Notes under the pieces: model-generated | Databases searched by the model: none | What the model saw: only the letters and a program-made list of their open reading frames with translations | What the model was told of the DNA's origin: nothing | Translations under genes and position numbers: made by a program | In this document: one piece after another, positions 36,737-48,930 of the stretch | Position numbering within the stretch: position 1 is the first letter of the stretch | How the letters are laid out: every line of letters begins with the position of its first letter | Source: Octopus sinensis | Taxonomy: Eukaryota | DNA: 64,000 bases | Direction: 5' to 3' | Assembly (NCBI RefSeq): GCF_006345805.1 | Contig: NC_043003.1 | Span: forward strand, 434,001 to 498,000

Positions 36737-37100
36737 TCATCATCATCATCGTTTAGCGTCCGTTTTCCATGCTAGCATGGGTTGGACGGTTCTACTGGGG
36801 TCTGTGAAGCCAGAAGGCTTCATCAGGCCCAGTCAAATCTGGCAGTGTTTCTACGGCTGGATGCCCTTCCTAACGCCAACCACTCCGTGAGTGTAGTGGG
36901 TGCTTTTTACGTGCCACCCGCACAGGTGCCAGACAGAGCTGGCAAACGGCCACGAACGGATGGTGCTTTTTATGTGCCACCGGCACAAGGGCCAGGCGAG
37001 GCTGGCAACGGACACGAAACGGGGCGGTGCTGGCAACGGTCATGAAACGGAAGGTTCTCTTACATGCCACCGGCACTGGTAACACATCTGCAATTTCCAT
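36730..37100 (-). mobile_element. Young SINE family D copy with internal sub-repeats
   Basis: CpG-rich; (CAT)n tail; repeated GTGCTTTTTA(C/T)GTGCCACC units. Confidence 0.9.
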
Positions 37101-37112
37101 TGATCGATTTCC

Positions 37113-37146
<34 letters not shown>

Positions 37147-37799
37147 CTGTGTGGGTTTGTTTATATCCCTGTAAGCTAGCAATTTGGCAGAAAGACCAAT
37201 AGAATAAGTTCAAGGTATCAGGTATGCCACATTCAAACTTCATACCTGTATAGCCCTAATAATGCTAGAAGGAGACTTAGAGAAGTGCTGAAGATCAATG
37301 GAAACTAAAAAGATGATCAGTCAACCTTCTTATATCATGTACAATGAATTGATGGATAATTCTTCAAAGATTAATCATATTTCAATCTTTGGTTGAGGTC
37401 TTAGCTACAAATTTAGACCAGGTTGCTTAACCCTTTGCCTGCTCAAAGCCTTTTCATAACTTTGTGCTAACCATCCCTGCTTGTTTACACACGTTCAGTT
37501 TGCCCTTGTTTCACAGGCTCCGAGTAACATAAAGCTTTCTTCTTTCTAAGTCCCAAGATACTTAATATTCTCCAATTGGAGAATATCTATCATTATATGA
37601 TGCAAAGATATGAGGGAAACATGTCCTGTGTATTACAAGTGACACACAGCACAGGGAAAGGATGGAGCAGGTCCATTCGAAAAGACAGGATGTGATGGGG
37701 TTGAGAAGTGTTGTTCAAAATGCGTCTTTATTGTGAGCCTCTCTGCGACGGCAACCCTTTGCCTCTTCAAAGAATATGTTTATGCTCTGTGTTATTCGC

Positions 37800-38146
37800 T
37801 TTACTCTTTACTCTTTTACTTGTTTCAGTCATTTGACTGTGGCCATGCTAGAGCACCACCTTTAGTCGTGCAAATTGACCCCAGGACTTATTCTTTGTAA
37901 GCCCAGTACTTATTCTATCAGTCTCTTTTGCCAAACCGCTAAGTTAAGGGGACGTAAAAACACCAGCATCGGTTGTCAAGTGATGTTGGGGGGACAAACA
38001 CAGACACACACACACACACATATATACGATGGGCTTCTTTCAGTTTCCGTCTACCAAATCCACTCACAAGGCTTTGGTCGGCCCGAGGCTATATTAGGAG
38101 ACACTTGCCCAAGGTGCCACGCAGTGGGACTGAACCCGGAACCATG
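37800..38146 (-). mobile_element. SINE family B, 5'-truncated, young
   Basis: (TTACTCTT) tail; body near the family consensus. Confidence 0.9.
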
Positions 38147-39224
38147 TATTATATAAAGCTTTCCTTTCATAAGTCCCAAGATACTCTGGTGGTTGGAAAC
38201 AAATTAGAAATATGCATGGAATATAATGCATGGAACAAATATGTTCCTGTGTCTCATGTGAGATGTAGAAGAGGCAAAGGGTGAAACGACAGCAATTGCT
38301 TCTGTTTATAGCAATGAGAATGAGGGGATTGTGTGGTAGACTTTCCTATCAATGTGACCGACATATTGGAGGAGGAGGTTACACACACACACACACACAC
38401 ATACTGAAATGTAGACAGAATGAAAGAGATGGAGAGAGGAGATGACAATCCTGAAAGAAAAAAAAGAGAGAAAAAGAAAGTGAAGAGAGAGAGAGAGAGA
38501 GAGAGAGAGTGGTAGGTGAAGTATAAATGGTAAATTTAGCTGTGTCTATCCATGAATCATGCTTGAACTGATTAGATAGGAAGAGAAATAGCAAACGAGA
38601 AATACTAAACCGTATCTTCTGCAGGGTGTGAGGAAGGAAAGGTTTGAGTAATGCATTAAATTCTTTCATTTGCAAGGCATTTCTAAGTCTGTCGTAATAA
38701 ACAGAGAGAAATGATTGAAAAAGATTGAGAAAGAAGTGAATGATAGACAGACATAAATAAATGGAGAGGTAGACTGGTGGATGGGAGACAGGGAGACAGA
38801 CAAAATAGATCCATTGAATAATGTGTGAAAAGTGGAATTATATTAGGGACACCAGAAGTAATGTAATTTCAAGTAAATAGTCTGACGTCACCACAAGGTT
38901 TTTTTCTAAGCGAATAAAAGATGGTCTTGCAATCAACGAGTCAGAGAAGTTTTTGATGAGGCATTAATGTGGACAAACACTGTGTGCATGTTGATGCTCT
39001 GTTGGCCCCTGGGGAAAGGAGAACTTTAAGAGCAACATATTTGACATTGCATGCTTTATAAATTTCATAAGGGACCCAATGCAACATGAGCAAGGGTAAA
39101 CCTGTTTAGGGTATATCCTGATGGTGGGATTGTTTGAAAATGCCAAATGAGGTTTAAAAAACCTGAAAATGGTGATTTCGATCATTTGGATGGGTGTCGA
39201 TCAGGAAAACCAACTGTTCTCAAC

Positions 39225-39362
39225 AATTATTTCTACTCTAGGCACAAGGCCTTGAAAATTTTTTGGCGATGAAGAGGGCTAGCCAATTACATCGACCCCC
39301 AGTGTGTAACTGGTACTTATTTCATCAACCTCGAAAGGATGAAAGGCAAAGTTGACCTCTAT
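39225..39362 (-). mobile_element. Partial SINE family A
   Basis: tttctactctaggcacaaggcc...aactggtacttatt...aaaggcaaagttgacc. Confidence 0.8.
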
Positions 39363-39363
39363 G

Positions 39364-39910
39364 GAATCAGTTGTTCTCAATAATGAAACAGTGAAAACAG
39401 CCATTGAAGAGGATCCACGTCAAAGTAGTGGAGACTTTCCCCAGACCCTAAATAAACCTTGGTCCACAGTGCAAGAGCATCTCAATCAGACTGGGAAAGT
39501 GCATAAAGAAGGAAAAGTGGTACCACATGAGGTGTTCCCACACAAGAATAAAATAGGTAACCGAAGGAAGGATAAATTCATTTGGTTAGGAAGCTCTAAC
39601 TCATCCTCTCCACTCACAAGACCTAAAACCATCAGGTTTTCTCTTATTTTGGTCCCTTGAACATTTAACCAATTGGAAACACATTCAAAAGCAGGAACAT
39701 TGTCAAACTGGTGGCACTCCAAACATTTTTCTCTTCTGAAGAACCTGGTTTCTATTTTGCCTGAAGAATCAGAAAAATGGTTTTGAAGTAGGAAAATGAC
39801 TTTGCTAACAATGACAATTCTATTTTAAACGAATAAATATATTTATGATATGCTTTATGATGATTTAAATGCATCACATGAAATGCAACATTACTCTGTG
39901 GCACCTCTAG
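39364..39910 (+). mobile_element. Internally deleted mariner transposon remnant with 3' TIR
   Basis: TAIEEDPRQSS...STVQEHLNQTGKVHKEGKVVPHE (HTH plus WVPHEL motif), then in another frame G*EALTHPLHSQDLKPSGFLLFWSL (HPPYSPDLAPSDFHLF motif); ends in a TIR-like stretch plus TA. Confidence 0.85.
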
Positions 39911-39940
39911 TATATATATATATATATATACATACACATG

Positions 39941-39990
<50 letters not shown>

Positions 39991-41367
39991 ATATATACAT
40001 ACATACATATATGTATGTATGTATGTAAAGAGTTATTAATAAGGGATTATTAATCTGAGCAAAACAACTTCTTAAGCTCTCTACTAATACAAATACATTA
40101 GGTTAACAAAAGGTGTTTCAGACTGATTTAGAACTTCAGGTAATACTTTGTTAAAGTTGTTCAGCTTTATTGAATTGATCGATTGACTGATCGCATCAAT
40201 GGAACTCTGAATGCCTCTGTGATGCATATCAGAATCATCTGCAAGAGTCTACGATGACAAAGGAATATGTAAAGCCCTTTATTTATGCTTTTCTTGTGTA
40301 TATGGACAGAGAGAAAGAGAGGAAAGAAACAATAAAAATGCAGAGAGAGAGAGAGACTGTGTATGAATGAAGGTGAGAAATGACAGACTATTAGAGAGAG
40401 GAAGAGAGAGAGAGAGAGAGTGTAAGAATGAAAATAAAAAGAAAGAGCAGACCAATAATGAACTAAAATAAAAATTACTTTTACCAAATTGAATATTTCT
40501 TTCTTTGACTAAAATTCATCTTCATCCTCTCACATCCTCTCTCACTTCCTCTTCTCTACCCTTTCTTAACACACACTCTCTCTCTCTCTCCCCTTCTCTC
40601 TCCCCCACTCTCTCTCTTTCTCATAAATCATGTCTGAAAGCTGCATCAGTATAATCTTCAAATAATCATCTCCAGGTTAGTTATCTCTGCTTAAGCACAG
40701 ACATATGAGTAAAAGCATTCCAACAATCCAGCAATGACCATCCCATCTTTTTTTTTTCTTTTCAGGCATTGTGTATCTAAGATTGCATTATACAACATAG
40801 TCTCAGATATCAGCCTTTTTTCTTTTTTTAGCTTCTTTCTTCTACAAGAAGGATTAGTGAGGAAATCAAATGGATGATACATTGAGTAAAAAATTAGTCA
40901 CTAATTAATGACCAAATGGAATGAGTTATGTGGTTCTAGGAATGGAGATGGGAACGGCTTGGCTCTATGGGACAGATTGGAACGGTGGATGGGTAGAGGA
41001 TTGCAGGTGTATAGATTGAAGCTGCTGAGGATGCAAGAGAGACGAGGAAGGCAGAATGCATAGTGGTACAGTCTCCTACACAGATACAGAAATTCCTCCC
41101 AAGCATGTAAAGAGGGTGTATGGGAAGGAGAAGAACATCTGGGTGGGTGGATTGTGCGATGCTAGGCAAGAATTCCGAGTAGCTTTCAGTTTTGTGGTCT
41201 AGAGTACAATGCAATAAGCCATGTGTTCGACCTCCTATTATAGTAACGGTTTGTCTGTAACGGATTTTCTTTAGAATTCAAAGCCTGTGATGGGAGTTAC
41301 GATGCTCTGAATTTTGTAGGAAACATGCAGAGATAAACTTAAAAATGAGAACCTCACACAATATTTA

Positions 41368-42008
41368 TTACTTTATTGTCCAATGGGGGCTAAACATAGA
41401 GATCACAAACAAAGAGATTAAGTCGATTATATCGACCCCAGTGCGTAACTGGTACTTATCTAATCGACCCTGAAAGGATGAAATGCAAAGTAGACCTCGG
41501 CAGAATTTGAACTCAGAACAACGGCAGACGAAATATCGCCAAGCATTTCGCCTGGCGTGCTAACCATTCTGCCAGCTCGCCACCCTAACATCATACAATA
41601 TTATTTTTTTCTACTCTAGGCACAAGGCCCGAAATTTTTTGGGGAAGGTGCTAGTCGATTAGAGCGACCTAAGTATGCAACTGGTACTTAATTTATCGAA
41701 CCCGAAAGGATGAAAGGCAAAGCCGGCCTCGACTAAATTTGAACTCAGAACGTAGCGGAAGACGAAATACCTATTTATTTACTACCCACAAGGGGCTAAA
41801 TTCAAAGAGGACAAAAACAAGGACAGACACACGGATTAAGTCGATTATATTGACCCCAGTGCGTAACTGGTACTTAATTTATCGACCCCGAAAGGATGAA
41901 AGGCAAAGTCGACTTCGGCGGAATTTGAACTCAGAACGTAACGCAGACGAAATACAGCTATGCATTTCGCCCGGCGTGCTAACGTTTCTGTCAGCTCACC
42001 GCCCTAAC
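41368..42008 (-). mobile_element. Two SINE family A insertions in tandem (monomer plus dimer)
   Basis: Three bodies, two heads; TCACACAATATTTA at 41354-41367 and 42010-42023, with a variant at ~41590-41603. Confidence 0.88.
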
Positions 42009-43239
42009 ATCACACAATATTTACTTGTAAGCCTTTAATATAGTTTGTAGTATTTAATGGTCGCAAAACGAAATACTGTATTGAAATAGTATATATGTGT
42101 CTGTATGGTAGCAGAGATGTCTCCTTCCATTCCAATGTTTACTCAATCGGAACAGAAGTTGCGGTCGGACATTAAGATACCAAATGCGTGTGTAGGCATA
42201 TCTGTATGTATGCAAGTGTGTGTAGGCATGTGATGTGTGTATGTAATTGTGTGTTTGCACCCCTATATATGTGAGTGTGTGTGCGTGTGCAAGTATGCAT
42301 GTATGTATATATGGGCGGATGCATGCCTGTATATGTATGTAAAAATGGATGTATGTAGATGTGTGTGTGTGTGTACGTGTGTGTGTTCTTTTATTGCTGT
42401 CTTCTGTTGTTTCCAGTCATTAGTCGGCAGCCACGTTGGGTCATCGTCTGCAGGGCTTTCATCAATCTTTCTCACTCCTGGACATATTTTAGCCTAGTAC
42501 TTATTTTATCAACTGCTATATGTTGAAATACTAAGTTGTAGAACGTAAAAAAGACATAACACACACGTCATACATATGCGTATATAAGACACACAAATAT
42601 TCATATATAAACACATTAATATATTTTATATGTAAAGCATAATATGTCATACATGTATGTATATTCTTGTAATTGTCATTTTAGTAAATAAATAAATAAA
42701 TTGACATAATATAATGTCTAAAAGTTGATGAACCACCTATTGATCTCATCCATTTTCTTATTGCTCTATATATAAACACACATATATATATAGTTACAAA
42801 TATGTATGCACCAACAGGTCTAGACACAAATATATGCAAATACACACACAGATACACACAGACGTATATACATACTCACACACATACATATACGCAGTTA
42901 CAGTTGTCTAAACCTTTGTGACATAATAAACATTCAAAAAGCTATTTTCTTTTATGGTTTAGGATTAGTTACTAAAATTCCAACAATCTCATTGTAAAAC
43001 ATCTGTTAATATCTTTAAAAAAATCTCACCAACTGATAAAAAAAAAGAGCACCCACCCCCCGCACCACACACACATTTATACACACAAACATATACATTT
43101 TGCTATTCAATTTCCAATATCTATCTGTGTATACACACACACACTGAGTTGTCTATGTTGCATTGTCTTTATGTGCTTTTGGGACTAAGTTCTTTGTTAT
43201 AAACACTATTTTGTAGTTATAAGTCATCAATGTTTGTTT

Positions 43240-43620
43240 ACTCTGATGTTACTTTTAGTAAGAATCTGGTGGTTTTCCAGGCAGTGTTTATATTTTTAAT
43301 GCTGTTGACACCGCTGGATTGAATGGTGCCCAAGTGTCGAAACCATAGTGATATCCGTTTGGCAGCTGATGATGGGAATATACGTTTGTTATGCTCGATT
43401 GTAAATTTCTTACATGTTACTTTCATTATTCTGGGTTTTTCTTTATTCTTGTAAAGTGGAAAGTGTTTGTTGGATCATAGTTTGTGGGGATCACTTACAT
43501 TGGTATTCTGTGATAATGCTTAGATATTGGTGTCTAGTTTTGAGAGGTTCTGTGGCATAAATAATACTTAACAAAATATACTTCGCCAGTTACTCTCCAC
43601 TAATGTTTTTCATCCATCAT
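43240..43620 (-). mobile_element. Highly decayed LINE RT/thumb fragment (I/Jockey-like)
   Basis: With frameshifts: SIIYAT (YADD position), QQTLSTLQE, RIMKV, SLWFD/TWAP (LGLxFDxxLTW motif). Confidence 0.4.
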
Positions 43621-43639
43621 TCATCAACTATTTACACCA

Positions 43640-43900
43640 CATCCCTATCCGTGCAGTTGTCATCTTTCTACCTGTTAATCAATGTCTTAAATACACGTAG
43701 CCACTCTCTCGATTGACTCAGTCCCCTTCCAAAGAAATATATTCATTTCATTTTCTCCAGTTTCCAATTGATCTTCCACCATCAATGTCCAGGTTTCTTT
43801 ACCATGCAACATCTCCCCACCTTTTATACGTGCTTCCAAAACCAGCTTGTCAACGCAAGCTGCAGTTCTTTAAACATTCTTTGAATATATCTACCCTTTC
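43640..43900 (-). mobile_element. Decayed RTE LINE fragment
   Basis: Minus strand encodes ...EMLHGKETWTLMVED..., homologous to the MLHGSETWA segment at ~21310. Confidence 0.6.
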
Positions 43901-44134
43901 CTTAATTTAGCTTTAAAACTTCCATTATGATTTGCACCAGGTAAGCATCTGAGCTGTTCATGGATTTCGTTTCATAGATTTTTCTATAACACATTATCTA
44001 TGTGCATCTGAAGTTACTGTGTCTGGCAGTATCGCAGCAAACATGCCATTGTTTGCAGAAAACTTACTGCCTAGACACTGAAAAATGCCAAAGGAATGTT
44101 GTAGTCTTTATCAGGCTGATATATGAAGATAGTT

Positions 44135-44170
<36 letters not shown>

Positions 44171-44639
44171 ACAGTGTATCTAGGATTATATCATCCAATG
44201 TGTTCTTGCTTTTTAAAGATGGATGTGATATGAGTTAGATCTAGCAGGGGATTTCCTGTTTTTTATGTCGGCATTTTTCCAGGTGACATAAGCAAGGGAG
44301 AAAAATGGGAAGGGAAATTGGAAGAAAGTGTTCAGTAAATTGTTTAAACGAAGTCGGAATTGGAATAAAAGAAGAGGCAAATATATGGAACATGTTTCAG
44401 AAGGATTGCCATTTATTGTTGAGTGGTTTGCTAGTTTGCGTAACATGTTGCTGAGAAACAGCTTGCCTAACAGATGGATGGCATTTTTAGGATGCTGTCT
44501 TTTTTGTGTGCCTGATGACTAAGGCATCACAGATGTACTTTTCTCTTGTAGAGTTCCAGTAACTGTTTAGAAGACAAGTATTTTTCTGCCAGCTAATTGC
44601 GACCCCAGTGATTAGTTAATCAAGAGTAAATTTGTTTTA

Positions 44640-44790
44640 GCACGCGGCTGATAGTGATGCTTGCCACTGATGACGCTCAAAGATGCAGAAATACATATTT
44701 AGCAATTACATCACCTCTGCTAAACACTTTTCATCTGCTACTGAAATATTTCTGTGTTTTTTAAACACTATACGTCCATACAAATTGCTT
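44640..44790. repeat. Old dispersed repeat, copy 1 (copy 2 at ~48250-48395)
   Basis: cttgccactgatgacgctcaaagatgcagaaat...tacgtc aligns by eye with cttgctactgacgaattctaaagatgcagaaat...tacgtc. Confidence 0.7.
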
Positions 44791-44959
44791 TCTCGATATG
44801 AATACTGCGATTTCAGGGCTTTCTGCAGTACATCTGCAATATACAAACTACTATTCTGAATTAATACTACTTCCGTTGGTAATAACAAAATTTTCTGTCC
44901 CTCACGAAAAAGAAGGCGATTGAGTTCATATTTTTAGTGTGGTCTGCAGAAATGGGCTG

Positions 44960-45160
44960 CATTCGTGGCCTTTGCAGGGTCTTTGAGATTGTGAAATTGA
45001 AACCATTAATATTCTGTTTAAACAGATGTCAAGTGAACAGTAGCGAGAAAGACATGGCTTGAGAGAGCATTCCAGAGTTCCAACGTTTTGTAAAGAAAGG
45101 AACGGGTGTAATAGATAATGCGGGATCTGAAGGGTTGAGAAAAAGAAGGAATATTTAGAC
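44960..45160 (-). mobile_element. LINE (CR1/L2/Jockey-type) ORF2 C-terminal remnant
   Basis: Minus frame RSFLYKTLELWNALSSHVF matches the SFFxRTxxLWNxLP motif. Confidence 0.6.
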
Positions 45161-46496
45161 AATGCAAATCACTGATAGAAAATTTGACTTGTTTCAATCA
45201 TTGGACTGCGGCCATACAAGCTCAACTTTTCTTGTTACTCTTTCAGGATCGATGAAATAAGTACCAGTCAAGTATTGGGGGTCGATGTAAACGACTGGTC
45301 CTCTTCCCCACAAATGTTCAGTTCTTGTGCTTATAGCAGAAACGATTATTATTGTTATAGGTTGACTTACTTTTGAGTCTACTCTGTAGATGAGTATTTC
45401 CACAAAAAAGAAGAAACTGTCAGCCATTTTGCTTTTGGCAACGTTAATCCCTTTGCTCTCGAGATGGAGATTTTGTTTTGCTTGCGATAACATCAAATTT
45501 TAATTTCCCTACCAATTCACACTCATTAAATGCTTCAGTGCCTCATTTCAAATCGGCTTCTATTTTGAGAACCCGCTGGGTGTACATGCACCCAAAGTTT
45601 TCTGAAGGGAAGCTCTTGAATAGCAGAAATTCTTTTGGTTTTCATGAAAAAAACCCATTTCTCCTTAAAGACAGACTCTTGGCTGATTTTACTCTCAGAT
45701 GGAACACATTTCCTCGTTCAGACAAGATATTAGAGTAAGACAATACAATCTACTTTATACATGTTTCAGTCATTGGACTGCGGCCATGCTGGGGCACCGC
45801 TTTGAACGGTCTTAGTCGAACAAAGTGAACCCAGGGAATTGGGTTTTTTTTTTTAAAGCCTAATACCTATTTTTTGCTGGACCATTAAGTTACTGGAACG
45901 TAAGCAAACCAACACCGGTTGTCAAGCAGTGGTGGAAGAGGACACACACACACACACAATCACTGCTTAGTTGTTGTTTAACCCCAAGCCATCCTTGAAT
46001 ATTCAAAAGCGTTCCATCTATGACCATCCTCGATCATTTTTCAGGCATGGTGTACTGAGGACTATTTTAGCCGATGTGACTTCCTTTTAAAGCTTCTAGG
46101 GTGTGATATGCGAAATTTAGCTGTTGTTTTTAGCAAGTCAAACGACGTTGAGGTTCCTTTGATATTTAAACTATATCTGTGTGGTATTTAAAAGTCTGCT
46201 AGAAGAATTGATAATATTTTCATTTCTTATCTGTTGTTGTTCATTAAGGTATTTCAAATGCGTTGGTTATGGAACAATTTTGCTTTTAAAGACAAGATAA
46301 ACCTTCTCCAGATCACTGTTAATTTGTACCTCTCTAGGGTTGATAGAATACATAAACACAAGGTGAAATAATATAATGAATGTTACAACAGACCAAATTG
46401 TCTGCGAGAATACTCCACATCGTGTAACTGGTATCCTTGGAAAACATATAACTGTCAATGTTTCCATGTAGCTAGTCATACATGCCATTTTTTTTT

Positions 46497-46660
46497 ACTG
46501 AGTTGTCAGATAAATTCGTTGGGTTTTTTTCTTCCTTTCTGTTACTCTATCATTATATGTTTGAAAAGAGGTAAAATTTATTCAAATTTCAGAAATGATA
46601 AATAAAATTTGTGGAGGAAGAATAAAGCTGCCAAATAACCATAAAATGCTACTTTTTTCG
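46497..46660 (+). mobile_element. Left end of a mariner-type MITE (family of 49507-49731)
   Basis: GAGTTGTCAGATAAATTCG...GTTTGAAAA...AAAATTTATTCAAATT aligns with 49507-49660. Confidence 0.7.
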
Positions 46661-46666
46661 CGTTAA

Positions 46667-46891
46667 CCCATTAAGTTCCACTGTCCTATAAATAGGACAC
46701 TAAATGAGAACCTTAAAATAAGCTGTAATCACATTGTACCAGTATCCTATTTATAGGACACCGAGTATTTCCATTTCTACTTGAAGTAAAGGAGTTTTAA
46801 TAATTATTTTTTTCATTTTAACCTATTTTCAATCATCTGTAAAAAATTTAAAGTAATATTCAGAAATTAAAGTACTCTGGGACTTAATGGG
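46667..46891. mobile_element. Complete piggyBac-like MITE
   Basis: TTAA|CCCATTAAGTTCCA ... TGGGACTTAATGGG|TTAG; internal inverted GTCCTATAAATAGGAC/ATCCTATTTATAGGAC. Confidence 0.88.
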
Positions 46892-47245
46892 TTAGTTCAG
46901 ATGGCTTTGGAAATTATTAAGATAGATAAGTGAAACCCCCTCCACACACACACACAAAAAGTGCAGTTTTGGAGAGTAACTTTGATCTTATTAATTATTA
47001 AAGAGATTATAGGAAGAAATTCAATGATAAATAGGCAATAATTGAGATGGCTTAAATGAAACCTAGCAGTACTCAAACTGACAAAGATCAACGACCTCCA
47101 AAAATATGAAATATTTGGAAATATTTTTGCACATTCTCTTTATTAATGGTTGAGACAAAATAACGTCGCCAGAAAGATGAAGCGTGAACGTGATCTCGAT
47201 GGGAATACAGATATTTTGTCCCACGCTCTAACGGTTTCCTCCAGA

Positions 47246-47259
47246 GTTACCATAGCAAC
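47246..47259. promoter_or_regulatory. RFX X-box-like palindrome
   Basis: GTTACCATAGCAAC fits the GTTRCCATRGYAAC consensus; lies in non-repetitive, CpG-rich sequence. Confidence 0.45.
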
Positions 47260-48509
47260 ATTATAGACCCCTGGGCAACTCGTTGCATTGGGCCCTATAC
47301 TATATATTCACTGATAGCCTGCTACTTCGATCAAAATTGGGTCCCTGGACCCGTAATTATTTCACTATAAATTACACATTTTTTCTATTAAAACATGAAA
47401 GAAATATTACCTAAACTTTAGTATAAATCTGTGAATAGCTTATGTTCATTGAAATTAGTGATTGTTGATGCACAAATCTTCAAAGAACTGCTTTCCACTC
47501 GTTTTTGGCATTTTCTCGCCAGATATTCGCTTCATGTTTGGCAGAGTAAAAAGTCTATGGGAGATAATCCCTGTTGCTAACGAGCTGAAGTGAGACGAAA
47601 AGAGAAAAAATTTCGTCAAGTAAATCAAGTTTGTTGAAATGATGACATGGTTTGTTCTTAGAATATGGAAAGATGACCATTTGCAAGCAATATAGGCAAG
47701 TCGTCTGGGATTTTAAAGTAGAGGAACAGGAATGGTGTCCTGATAATCATTCCATAGCATTTGAGTTGAGTTTAAAATAGAAGAAAAGACATTTTAGCAT
47801 TTTGTTAATATTTCGCTGAGAATTAACCCTAAATATATGAAGCATTGATCAAAGATCTAATATTTCATGGTGTTAGACTTTAGTAATAGAAATCTGATAC
47901 TGCTTGGGCTGCGTTATTAAAAAAAATAATTAATTAAACTACAGTGTAGTGAAGGTTAAAACTTCTGTTAAAATATTTATCAGAAATTCCCGCATTAAAA
48001 TTCGCTATGAGCGAACGAAGCAGTTTTAGTTCAGAATAGGAATTTGCGTATCATATTTGGAGCAGATATTTGGTCGTTGAGAACCTGATAAACTGGGATA
48101 TTCGTCTCAAGATAGCATCTCTCGTTAACGTATAGCGCTAATCGCTTATAATTAATTTTTTACCGAGCCCGGCGGCTATTTGTAACATTAGGGAAGTTTG
48201 TTTTTTTAATCACTGTTTTACTATATCAGTCCCGGTTGATTTTGTTTAAACATGCAGTTGCTAATAGGTTCTTGCTACTGACGAATTCTAAAGATGCAGA
48301 AATGCTCATTTAGTAATGCCGTTATCGTTGCTGGACGATTTTCGTCTGCCACTGATATATTTGTGTGTTTTTAACAATGTACGTCTATAAGAGATACTGT
48401 ACCGGGACAAATACCACAATTAATTAGGCTTTCAATGATGTATATGCTTTAAGTATGATGCACAGATTGCTATTAACACATAATTTTACAAATAAGAGTG
48501 TCGGGCAGG

Positions 48510-48930
48510 GCATAGTGTAGTTGGTAACATGGCTGTCCGGCAAGCGTCAGATATATAACTTAAATCCGCTTTGTAACCATAAGATTTTGGTTTCAGTTCC
48601 ACTGGGCAGCATGTTGGACAAGTGTCTTCTAATATAGCTCTGGGCCGACCAATATTTTATTAGTGAGTTTGATAGATGGAAACTATGTAGAATCCCGTCG
48701 CATATTTCACGTGCGTGTGTGTGTGTGTGTGCTTTTGTTTCCCTCACTGCTTGACAATCGGTGTTTGTTTCTGTCTCCGTAACTTAGCGGTTCGACAAAA
48801 GATACAAAAACAATAAAGACCGGACTTAAAAAAAAAAAAAAAGAGTCGATTGTTTAAAAAAACTAAAAGCCTTCAAAGTGATGTCCCAGCATGGCCGCGC
48901 TCCAATGACTGAAACAAGTGAACGATAAAA
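48510..48930 (+). mobile_element. Old SINE family B copy (CpG-retaining)
   Basis: ggacaagtgtcttctaatatagc...ccagcatggccgcgctccaatgactgaaac. Confidence 0.75.

Noticed and set aside
40936-41214. Purine-rich protein-like stretch, possibly a LINE endonuclease relic
   Set aside because: Multiple stops in + frames and only vague motif similarity; cannot be supported without a search.
44665-44700. CTGATGA...GAAA in the old dispersed repeat
   Set aside because: Only a 2-bp stem II, an extra base before GAAA and no stem I or III; the sister copy does not improve it.
45478-45738. 86-aa ORF ending at a GA|GTAAGA donor as a host exon
   Set aside because: The opposite strand reads RGNVF...FFS*KPKEF, which fits a decayed mariner C-terminus better.
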